Below the pieces are notes generated by a model. The model worked only from the letters and a program-made list of their open reading frames with translations. It did no database searches and was not told the DNA's origin. Below, one piece after another: positions 51,087 to 61,905 of a DNA stretch of 64,000 bases. This DNA is from Eutreptiella sp. 'Long Island Sound 2002' (taxonomy: Eukaryota > Protista > Euglenida). The stretch covers positions 9,114,001-9,178,000 of the forward strand of contig OZ038378.1 in the NCBI GenBank assembly GCA_964036045.1. The letters run 5' to 3'. The number at the start of each line of letters is the position of its first letter. Position 1 is the first letter of the stretch. The position numbers and the translations under genes were made by a program.

Positions 51087-51261
51087 ATATCACTGTTCAA
51101 GTGTAGCTCCAACACCTCACTGGAAATGCAGGGAGTCTGAACCTCTGAACCACCGCACCTCCTGGTCTGAAAGATCTAACCGAGCACACCTGTCAACTGC
51201 CTTCTCCTGTGTGGAAAGACGCCTCACCGTCTTCTGCTTACACCTGTGTTTGACTGTGTGG

Positions 51262-51296
51262 TGTGTGTGTGTGTGTGTGTGTGTCTGTGTGTGTGT
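51262..51296. repeat. (GT)n microsatellite
   Basis: Near-perfect dinucleotide run. Confidence 0.9.
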
Positions 51297-54262
51297 GCTG
51301 CGGACCCCCAGTTTCCCAGTGTCCCTTCGTTCTCTTGCCTTCCGTCGTACCCTGTGGTGGTAGCATAGTGAGGGTCCCAAGGGAACTCATGCAGACTGTC
51401 TTCAGGCAACGGTCAATCCGCTTTCTGCAGTGCATTTCAGACTGCTCATCATGTTTTGCAATCAACACCCATCCAGTTTTGTATACCCCGATACTACCCG
51501 TCTCAGAAACTGGAGGATGAATTAATCCATTGTGTATTTGGCCAGCGCTGCGGCAATGTAAGCCATTTGTGTAGCCGGCTGCTGCTGCATGCAAGCAAAC
51601 CTACTCCCTTTTGCACTAGCACGGTGACCCTGTCTGACCATAAACTTTCGGACCGCAGTTTTGATGGTCACGAATGCAATAAGACATGTTTGTAAGCTGG
51701 TAGTGGGAAACAAGGGCTGGGTCAGTGGTTGAGACTGCAACCCTCTTCGATTTGCTTTGGCGTGATTTTCAGTGAATACTACTGCAATGGGGCCCAAACC
51801 CCACAACAACCGCTTGTGTTGTGCACCAGGCCTTGTCTAAGTACCCCCCGTCTGACCGCCATTGTCCCTGAGTTTGGTGTGCTTGCACAACAGGGGAAAG
51901 GGGTGGTAAAAAAATGGGGTTGGGGTGGAATGTGCGAGGGACCTGACCTGACAAGCTTGCCCTTTGACCTGAAGGATTACAGCCATCCCTTTCTGGACGT
52001 TCTGGATCTCCTTTGTAAAAGCCTCTTGTCATGTCTGACATGACCATTGTCCGACTGTTGCTGATGTCTGTACACAGTGCTTGTTCATCATAGTTACTGT
52101 GTGTGTGTGTGTGCGTGTGCACGCGGGCATAGCATACTGTTGACGGTGTGTCAGGGGGAGTACCTGCCGCGGTGTGCGCGCGGTGCGTGCGCGGTGCGGG
52201 TACTGGGGTTGTTCCGTAGACCCTTTCATCAAGAGCCAATCAGGGGGAATGGTAACGCCTCAGAGCCCACCAAGTACCATCTACAACTCCTCCCCCGGGA
52301 GACCATCTCCTGGAGAAGTTGTTCAAATACCCGACGCGGTGCGCACACGTTGTGTACACGAGCGGTGCGCACATGGTGCGGATACTCCCCCTCAGTCAAG
52401 GACAACTGCTCGTATGTTCAGTGTACCCTCTATTGTATGTGCAACTGGACCCTTTGTGCAGCGGCTTGCCTCTCAAGGTCATACCAAGGTGATCGCTGAT
52501 GGAGAGGGATGATTTGGGTGAACCCATGTTACAGTAGACACAGAGCACCACTCGCTACTAGACATGTCACTGATGAGGTTTTTGATCCCTGCCTGTTTGT
52601 CACATAATTCCTTTGTGTGCGCACAAGTGGGTGGTTTGACCTGACCTGCAGAGGCCTGGACCAGCCTTATTTTGTGCTGTGCTGGAAGGCCACACACTGA
52701 TGCTCACCGTCTACAGTAAGGCACCGAGTTGTTGTTGCTTTCCTTGTGAGTGCAGAGTCTGTTAGCATTAAATGGTCATAACATGGCGATTTCTGGCCCT
52801 TTTCGACAGGCTTTGGAAAGTGCCATCTTTAATGCTGCACTTGTCGCCAGCTGCCACCAACGAGTTCAATTTTTGTCGGATTTGCCTTCATGTGGAAAGA
52901 TGTCATCCACCAAAATTTGGGCAGAAAGGGAGCCACAGCAACAGATAAAGGGGTATCTCCAGCCTGCACCCCAAGCAGCCTCACTGGTTCCACAGCTCTG
53001 ACCCCAACCTTGATTTGGAACATGCAACGCAAAACTGCATAGCATCCAGCGTTGCCCAGGTGCTCTAGAGAGCGCACATAAGCCCTATCTTTGAAAAACA
53101 ATGTCGATTGGCGATGTCGTGTGTTGGTGTCACTACACGGCGCTTTGGGGAGAGACCCAAAAAATCTCATGTTTTTGCATGAACGTGTTGTTTGTGCGTT
53201 GTATTCAATTGTCAAATCTCGGATACCTCATCTGTGCAGTGCACACAACTCACTGTGATGTTTTCGGGTCATTAGGTCTGGCAAAAGCGGATGTGTGGGC
53301 AAGACAACCCAACTCAAGCATGTGGTGTCTCTCCTACCATGGCCTGTGCACATTGAAAACAGTTGGGTAGAGAAGAGAAGAGAGAGGCTTTGGGCTGGGT
53401 TCAAGTGGTGTACAAGGCATTGGATGCGTGAGTGAGTGAGTGAAGGAAGGAGGGAGGGAGGGAGGGAGGGAGGGAGGGGGGGGGGGGGAGGGGGGGGGGC
53501 AAGCGGCGAAGGAGGCAACCACGCAGCAAAGGGAGGATGTGCGGGTCTGGCCTGGGAGATGCAAATCCGTATAAAAATGTGTTTACTGTCGAGGAATGTT
53601 ATTTTTGCCATCACAGATGCTTTCAAAAAACTACTTGGAATGACATGGACGGCCTCTACATGCAAGAATATTCCGCCCCCTTTTTTCTCAAACCAAGCAC
53701 AATGACCCCATATGAGACCACCCCGCCCCTTCCTCTTGATACAAACTTAGAATGCCTTTAATGGGCAGAAGCAATCAAATGAGTCAAAGGTGCTGCAGTT
53801 CAGGCCTGTGCTTTAATATTTGAAATGCTAATGGTGCCCCCCCCCCCCCTCTTGAACCCCCCCCCCCCCCACAACACCCTCTTCAAGCTCCGGGAAAATC
53901 AGGAAATGGGGTGACGATTTTTTTTTCAATTTTTCGACGTACTGTGTTCTCTTCATCCGTTCAGGGTCAACACAGACATCTGTGAGGGGCCTGGGGTTGT
54001 TGCTTCATTTTCCCATTCCCCCTAGGCACCCATGGAAAAGTTTTTGAAGCTTAATGTCAAATTGTCTGCGCCTATTGATACTGGTGCGCTGGCATTAGCC
54101 ATCCAGTTCTTTAGGTACGAGGGCCGTCTCTCTGGCAAGAAGAAGTTGCAGGATTTTTTAATTTTTCGTCTAATGCATCCCATATGTCCAGGGGACAGGA
54201 TTTATGCAGATTTTGGGGTCTCGTGGTGTGTCACCAACAACAATTGAAAGGCACGAAGGAAC

Positions 54263-54671
54263 GTGTGTTGGTTGCAGGTAAAAACGATGTTCAATGCCTT
54301 TGTTCGCACAGAAACAACCAAGCTGCAGAAGGATACCCTTTCTTCATATTTGCAATTCTTGAATCCTGCTACATGGCCCTATCCATTAAGTAGTGAATGG
54401 GAGGCATTTGGCCTTGACCTTGGGGTTGTGCAGGGCGTGGTCCAAGTTCTTTTTGGATGTTCACAAGTGGAGTGATGCATGCAAAGGTGTTGAGGCAGAA
54501 TGGCATGAGGTTCAGAAGTTTGTTCTTACCCACGATTTGTTGAAAATCAACATGAAAAAATGTTTCGCCCTGGATTTTTTGTCCCCCATTGTTAAGGCCT
54601 GGCAGAAGTTCCCTTGCCTCCACGTTATTTTAAGATGTGCTCTTGCACTTCCCCATGCGCCAGCAAAGTAG
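54263..54671 (+). pseudogene. hAT transposase C-terminal (dimerisation-domain) fragment, ZNF862-like
   Basis: QFLNPATWPYP..EAFG; after a frameshift, EAEWHEVQKFV..KAWQKFPCLHVILRCALALPHAPA, resembling the W...FP.L..L...AL.LP motif. The expected ERxFS is missing. Confidence 0.55.
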
Positions 54672-55183
54672 GTCTGTTGTGCAGCAATATTGGTACCCCC
54701 CCCCCCCCATTGTCCAAGCAGAGGCTTCTCCAAGCACATGAGCCCGTTTGACCGTCGGTTTTCTGGATTTTTCTGACCATGGTCTTTATGGCCCAAAATG
54801 TGACGTTACGGGGTTGTGCTTTGAGTTTAGAGGGAAAGGGGAGCTGGATCACGCTTCTGGTAGTTACTCCTGCTCATACCAACATTCCGCTTGCAACTGC
54901 AACCCAATGCTGTCTGTTTTGGTATGATTTCTGCCATAGGTGGTTTTGCCACTCCTGGCATACACGTCCGGTCCACCGGTGAACATTTTCCCACCACAAT
55001 CGTTGGTCCTTCTACTTGTGGGGATGGTTCCTTTCACGTGAAGTACATGCGGAATGGGCATGAGCCTGAGCATTATGCTCCAGGGACCGTGTCCTTTTCG
55101 CAATCCCAAGGAATACGAAGCCTAAACCCATTCCAAAACTTGAAGCCAAGCCTGCTCCAAAGCCTGCCCCAAAGGGCAAGCAT

Positions 55184-56446
55184 GTGCAATTGTTGGTGTT
55201 GTGGGCGGGGTTGAAGGCGCAGTGGTCCATGCGCTGGTCCCTGCGCTGCGAGAGCACGTTTCAGGGCGCCACGCCGTCACTCGATGATTTCGTGGCTCGG
55301 TGGATGGGGGTCCTTGAAGTGTGGAGGGCAGGAAAAGACCTCTCGCTCTGCAGGTCAGATTTACAGCACTTGCTGAAGCAGTTGCTTTCGTGGTTTGACG
55401 GGGGCATGTTTTAGCTCAAGCGTCCGAATCCAGGGGTTTTTCCAAAGAAATCCGTGGTCGGTGCGGCGGCATTGAAAGAAAAAAAGTGGGGAGAGTACCG
55501 TGATGCGGTGGTGAAACGCCTCGTAACATTGGAGTCCGAGGGCTGGACGGTAGCATTCACAGATGGGCCGGCAAAACAAGTTAAGGGGTGGTGGCAGGCG
55601 GGGTATGGAGTTTGGTTCGGGGAGTCATCCCCACGGAACTGCTCACTGCCGGTGCCCATCGCAGAGCGTCAGAGTGTCAGTCGAGGGGAATTGCGTGGTG
55701 TATTGTATGCCTTGCAATCCCGAGTCAGGGATGAGCGATTGGTGGTAGTTTTGGGCTCAGAGTATGTCTATAAGGGAATAATGGAATGGTCGCCAAAGTG
55801 GCGCCGACATGGTTGGCGCGTGAGAAACAGAGAGGTAGGCCACCGAGACCCGTGGCAGCTTATTTGGAATCTCCGATAGGAAGCAGGCTCTTAGGTACGA
55901 TTGGTGTGGACCCCTTCTCATATGAAAGTTTTCGGTAATGATACGGCTGACCAGCTGGCGGAGGACGGCAGACTCAGTCATTCACAGGGCAAGAAACGGC
56001 GGTCCGAGGAACTGCTAGAACCGCAGTGGGTGGCCCTGGGACTACAACCGATGCCCTTTGACGTGTCATCGTCAGCGGGGTTAGGAGGGGCAAGGTCATT
56101 TGAGGGGGGGGGAAACCACCGGTTTGAGCTTTGAGACCGAGCGGGGTCCAGCAACCCATCTATCAGTGAGACGACTTCGGGCACCGCCTCGAGGGACTTG
56201 GACAGTGGATCGGAGGGGTCATCGGACTTTAGCACGGATGTAGGAGAACGGCAGCATGCCCGAAAGCGCTGTCGCGGGGGGACCGGGGGTGTAAGTAAGC
56301 ATGGGTAATCAACACATATACACCTAAAGGCGCACTGACCGTACCCCGAGGGTCGTCGCACAGGAAGTGTGTCAGGGCACACTAGCTTCAGCACAGACGT
56401 CGGCGATCGGCAGCGGGAGCGCAAAAGAGTGAGGGGAGCAGCATAG
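55184..56446 (+). mobile_element. 3' fragment of an L1/Tx1-like LINE carrying an RNase H1-type domain (pseudogenised)
   Basis: Single frame 55184-56134 with three TAG stops. LINE C-terminal LWAGLKAQWSMRW is followed by AFTDG, AGYGVWFG, QSVSRGELRGV, GSEYV (D>G), WSPKWRRHGW, HRDPW and WTPSH..GNDTADQLAEDG. Confidence 0.82.
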
Positions 56447-56552
56447 CATAGTTGGGCATGCGCAGCTCTTCCATTTCACAGAGGGTGGTTCGAACCCCGG
56501 GGAGGGCTGGGAACCGCCGAACGTCCCGCGCCTCAAGGGATGTTGGTTTTTT
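56438..56552 (+). ncRNA. tRNA-derived Pol III-like unit (pseudo-tRNA or SINE head)
   Basis: Box A TAGCATAGTTGG 56444-56455, D-stem GCAT/ATGC, CTTCCAT loop (possible Gly-TCC), Box B GGTTCGAACCC 56487-56497, T6 at 56547-56552. The anticodon and acceptor stems do not pair. Confidence 0.45.
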
Positions 56553-57534
56553 ATGACTGCGCATGAAAGGTGAGGGGCGAGCATACCTGAAAGTGCACGA
56601 GGGCCTGGCCCGGCAGTGCGCTCCGTCATCGCGGCTCGTGGAGGTCACGGCGCCAACGATCATGAAGAGCCGCTGCTCTTGGTGCGGCTACGGCGGAGGC
56701 GGTGACAGCAGCGACGTGGACAATGAGGTGTAGGGGGGTGGGCTGGATGACGGTGATTTAACCACATCGGTAGCGTAGTATACTGGAAGTGCACGCGGGT
56801 CTCGTCCCGGAGAGCGAAGGTTCGATGACTGGCGTGTAGAACATAGCGCCGACGGGCATGACACAGCTCTTTTTCCTGAGCCTGGGTGGCAACAAGACCC
56901 TATCCAACAGGGAGGTAGGGGCAACGCACGGGATGTGCGCGTACACGAGAGGGCGGCTTCGCCGCCGTGCTGGACTCATGAGCGCGGCTTCGCCGCATAT
57001 GAACAATTTGTGGCCGCGGCTCCGCCGCGTGTGCTGGACACAAGAACATTGATTTCCTGCCGGTGGGATACTGGGGGTGACGGCCATCTTCGGATTATGG
57101 CGAAGCACATGAGCCTGTCTGACCGTGGTTTTTCTGACTTTTGGCGTGCTTGGACAAGGGGGGGGGGGCATGTAAATGTGTCCTTTAAACATTGTTCAAC
57201 GGATTCCAGTGCAACAATACGACTTTTGCTATCTTATGCATTTCACTCAACTTATCCATACACGTTTGTTGCTCACTTGAGTGTGTTTGTGATGGTGTGC
57301 TGTTACAGAATAGAGGGCAGGAATGATTTGTACAACCATGGAAAGGGCACCCCAAACTCGGTTTGGTGGTAATGCATTTTTGGGGTGCTGTTTGTGGGGC
57401 TTCATCAATGTGGCTTCATCCTTCTCCTTTTACACCACTCAACATGTTTGAAGCTCACAGCATTGTCCGCTACACGCGGTCTATGGGTATTGACCAAAAC
57501 AGTTGCAGGGACAACTAGGCACATGTGTAGTGCA

Positions 57535-57650
57535 ATTGGAATTCACAGATTTGGTCTTGTGTTGTGTGCTGCGTAGGGATGGATTTGCTGTTGGTTCTGG
57601 TCTGCCTGGGGGCTTCTCCAAGGGAGGGTAAATCTGGGGCTGAAGTCTGT
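57535..57650 (+). mobile_element. Remnant of the Harbinger-family 3' interior
   Basis: GAATTCACAGAT...GGGGGCTTCTCCA.G.GAGGGTAAATCTGGGGC matches 27430-27535. Confidence 0.6.
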
Positions 57651-57809
57651 GAGGCTGAGGATGTGAACATTTCATGGGGTGAAACACCATCTCCCTATCC
57701 TGCAGTGTTCCTGCACATATCCTGTCCGCCGTTCCCCGATCCCCATGAGCTGTCTGTGATGCACCCAGGGACTCGTCCAGAACGACATGTCCAGCCTTGA
57801 ACGCTAGCC

Positions 57810-60800
57810 ATGGCATTGGTTGAGACCTGTAGTGCTGCAGTGGGGACCACCATTGCAACCTTGGCCTTCTACCCTGTGGACCTTGTGAAAACCCGGTACC
57901 AGGCCCAGGTTGGGGACAGCAACGGTGGTGGCCTCAGCAGCAATGCTCCTGCAAGTGCTACGGATGTGGTATTGCAGATCCTACGTGAGGAAGGGGTGCT
58001 GGGCTTGTACCGCGGCCTAACACCCTATCTGGCCAAAGACATTCTCACTGTGGGCTCCCTGTTTTTCTGGAAGTATATTGTAACAGAGTTATATGTGCGC
58101 AGTACAAATCGTCAGCCCCGTATCCTCGAGGGACTGCTGCTGGGGATGGCGGGCGGCGCCGTGAACCAGTGCATTATGCTGCCGACAGATCGCATCACAG
58201 TCTGTCTCCAAGTGGACCAGAGTCGACCCTCAGTTTTGCAGGTGCTCTGTTGATGTTTATGGACATGTTCCCCAGGGCATGGGGCTAGTGGGCGGGTCCT
58301 TCCATTGACACCTACCCATGCCGCACATGATTAGTGAAGGTGCTATGCTGGCCCAGGTGAGTTGTTGCCTTGGAGAGTCATTAAGCACAGGATACGCCCA
58401 GTCCCACTTTGTAGGGGCATGGGTGAGCGTGGTGCTCGCACGGTGCGCATATTTTGGCTGCACCAAGACATGGTCGAAATGCACCAGTATATGTGCCTGG
58501 GTGGATGTGAGTATTGGCCTAACAATATGTAATTTTTGGTCTTCTAGGGGGGCGCACCGTGCCCGCGCTGTGCGAAAAGTCGGCTGTTTTCCACCACTGG
58601 TAGCCACGGGTCCCAGGGTCCTGAATTCTGCACCCCATGCTGTTTTGAATTGATCATGCATCCTTCTGTAGGCAGATGGTTTTCAAGGGTGTTCCCGGGA
58701 CAAACAATGTGATAGTTGGCGCTGTGCGCGTGCTGTGCGACAACGCCCCCTAGCAGGCATCTTGCACCCGCTTTGCGCAAACAATGCAAGGGGTTGTTCT
58801 GCAATTTTTGGAACGATTGAATTTTGCGGTTTCATTTTCTGGTTGTGGGTGACGGTGTAGGTGTTGTTTGCCGTGTTGTGTGTCATCAGAGCCGGCTTCA
58901 TCAGAACTGCATTGCATCCCAAGGCTGCCCCGAAGGATGTCCCCAAGCATGTGCAGCAGTGCAGTATACTTATGGCAAAGGCTTAACGGCTGAGCATTTA
59001 AAGCATTTGAATGCTTTTCTGCAGGCTGCATGTGGACCATGGCGACAGATTGTCAACCGTACATGCCTATTTCAGGAAGCAATATTGCATGGGCCTCCAC
59101 AGACATGAATGTCTCGATGTCATTGATGTACCCTTTCCTGTCACTGCTTGTGTCTTCTGAGGGCACACGTAGACAGCGCCTTTGTCCAAACAACGTGCAG
59201 TGTTGTTTCCGCAACTTTTCGGAACTTTACTGCTGTTTGCACAGGTGGGAGGGGGGTGAGTATTTCTTCTGTACAGGGGTGGGGATTTCGGCTTTTGGAT
59301 TTCGATTTTGTGGGGAAATTTTCATTTTTCAGGTCGGTACCCGAATTCTCCCCAATTTTTTTTTTTTTGCACAATATGAATATGTGGCGTACAGTTTTGT
59401 TCTGTATGGATGCACTGGCGCCTGTGTATTGTGTGTCAGGATGTATTAGCAGGATTGTGGTGGAAGGACAGTGTATTGTCGAATTGCAGACACAAGAAAA
59501 GTGTTCTCATGGGCCACACGCATTCTTGAACAAAGACATGTCCACACCAATGGCCTCTCGGCCCCTGTGTGGCACGAGGATTTTGGAAAGAATAATTTCC
59601 GCTGGGGAATATTTCGGCAACCCCAAATTTTTTTTATGGACAATCAATTGCTGGAGTTTTGGGAGACCCACATTTTTGAAATATTGGGCTGCCTCCTTTT
59701 TTTGCAAAGCTTACCCCTTGTACCAACTTTTCTCTTCATATGAAGCATGTTTCTTCGCCTTGGCCAAAATTTCTCACAGCTTTGCCCTAGATTTATTCAC
59801 CAAGAAAGGTTTTTATTTGCACTAATGGTTGGCGTGCCTGTACATGTGTGGGAGGCCTTAAACATTTCTTAGTTTGTACTGCTTTCTTCGCCCCTCATGC
59901 AATGGAGGTTCAGCTGCTGGGGCTCCAGCCCTAAGCCCCCTTACTATCATAAGTCGGTCTTGCTATGGCTCCATATCCTGTCAACCTGTAGTCCTGCACT
60001 GCAAGTTGCCAAGAGTGGCTATCCTTCAGCGTGTCGGTCTTAGAGGCCAAGGGGTTTGCCCGTTTTGTTCATAAGTTGCATGGGAGTGCAGGTGTTAAAC
60101 AGTACCGTGCAAGACCTTTGCACGACTAGCAGTTTCAAACAAATCACATTACCACCAGCCATGGGGGTAGGGGGCCCCTTGGCATGATTGTACCTGGTTG
60201 CACAGGATTGCCTGGCCATAGAATCCAAGGATGGAGGAAGTTGACCTCACCGGGGATTTGACCAAAGGGTGGGGGGACTGGGCATGTCGGGTTTTCAATT
60301 CCCGGGGGGGGGGGGGGTCAATAGAGCCCCCCAAAACTGGGGGGGGGGGGGTTCGGGAAAAGGGCTCAATTGAGAGGCACCATTAATCAGTCATTATGAA
60401 GTCTGGTGCCAAAGGCGTCGAAAATTTTTTTGAGCACTACAATTGGTCGATTTTTTTTTCACCAAATATATGGCAAATGATGGGGGGATCCGGCCGGAGG
60501 GCTCTATCGATCCCCCCCCCCCCCTGGAAACGAAAACCCGGCCTCCCCTGGACCCAGTGGGGTTGCACCCAATATTGGGGGCTTTAGGAGTGTGGGGGAT
60601 TGCCTCAGTCACAAGAGCTCTTTGGGGGGCAGGACTCAGTGCAGGCCCAACCAGCCCCAGTGGATTTGAGGTCGTGGCTCAGGTCCCCACCAAGAAAGTG
60701 CCCTAGGAATGGGAAGTGTTTGTGCAAATTGTGGTGTATCATTGTTCCTTAGAACACCTAGGAACCTGCCTTGTCACCTCACTTTGTTACAAGCACATTT

Positions 60801-61905
60801 TGCCATAACCCATATTGGTCTCTGAGGTATCTAGCAGCTGCGCGCTCATGTGTGTGTGTGTTCGCCCCAACGACTTGCACTCCATGTTGCTGTCACTGCA
60901 GAAAGGTGCCTAGCCCACATGACACTGTCATCCTCATTGTTTTGCATGGCCTGACCAGAAGTTGAGCTGCCCAGCGCCCTGTTGCCTTCAGGGGTTTTGT
61001 GTGGGGGGCTTGTAACATAGTGTGTGTGTCCAGCCCCAAAGTGCTGCAATGCACTGGTGTAATCAATGCCTGTCCTAGTTGGTGGACATTCACTCAGCCC
61101 TTATCACTCCAATCCTCCCTTGTTTTCGATTTGTGAACAGCACTACACAGTATCACGCACTTCTGGGGCAAGACACGCTGTTGGTGCCAACCAACCGCAG
61201 GGCCGCACGCAACCACGGGCACATTGAGGCTGCATATCCCCTACCATACTCTGGCCACACACTGGAGTTGCCACAGGAAGTGTTACCTGCTGGCCAGCAT
61301 GCTCTTGCAGGGCTGCCCCCCCCCCCCCATCCATGTGGGCTGGCAATTTTTTCCTCCCGCCCATTTCCACATCATTCTCTCTTGTTATGTCTTGGGACAT
61401 AACCTGTCCTGGGACAACAGAGATGTAGTACAGCAGAGATGTGGTTCTGTCTTGTCAAAACAACTGGGTACACCATTTCAAGCAGGTGTCCAGATGGGGG
61501 ACATACCCCCCTGGGTACGTCTGGCATCTTGGGCAAGTAGGCGCCACATCAGAGGACAGCTCGGCGAACCCCAAAAAATGTGTCTTTGCAGGTCGTCCAA
61601 AACATTTACAACGACGGTGGCTTGGGGGCCTTCTGGACTGGTCTGGCTCCATCACTGATCCTGACCGCCAACCCCGCCATCACATTCACTGCGTTCGACA
61701 ACCTCAAACAGCGTGTGGCCCCACTGCTGAGCCGCACGGCACAGTCCCTGACGATACTGCAGAGCTTTGTGCTGGCAATGGTCTCAAAAACCCTGGCCCT
61801 CATTCTCACATACCCCCTGATCCGGGCGAAGGTGGTGATGCTGGGACGCCTGCGGCAATTGGCCCTTGAGAACAGCGGTGGCAGTAAGCCAAAGCAGCAC
61901 AAAAG
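57810..61905 (+). CDS. SLC25 carrier, peroxisomal adenine-nucleotide/cofactor type (PMP34/ANT1/PNC-like); 3'-partial
   Basis: Exon 57810-58241 (YPVDLVKTRYQ, EEGVLGLYRGL) and exon 61592 to about 61905 (GGLGAFWTGLAPSLILTANPAITF, TYPLIRAKV). NPAI and YPLIRAK are typical of peroxisomal members. An alternative donor GTAAGC lies at 61884. The last exon was not found in the window. Confidence 0.88.
60288..60540. repeat. 42-bp inverted repeat pair (small foldback/MITE-like) in the carrier intron
   Basis: CGGGTTTTC..polyG..TCAATAGAGCCC (60288-60329) vs GGGCTCTATCGAT..polyC..GAAAACCCG (60499-60540). Confidence 0.7.

Larger units (their letters stand above)
48850..51240 (-). pseudogene. Decayed tyrosine recombinase, split by a 1.6-kb insertion
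   Basis: Minus-strand motifs in the expected order across frameshifts: IFQTRRCGGSEVQ (about 51175-51135), HHKTAVLYNSG (about 49330-49300), LMFKTSEKG, KITPTSV (about 49010-48990), ALALG*S (about 48915-48895). Confidence 0.5.

Noticed and set aside
52829-53215. Possible ADP-ribosyltransferase-like or SET-domain remnant near the recombinase
   Set aside because: Only a vague resemblance; no diagnostic motif could be aligned.
4239-55894. Host genetic code with TAG = Gln
   Set aside because: More than 1100 host codons contain no in-frame TAG, and Gln uses CAA/CAG. Kept only as a mutation-bias finding.
663-61591. Euglenid non-conventional introns
   Set aside because: All joins needed for the three genes are ordinary GT-AG; no non-canonical intron is required.
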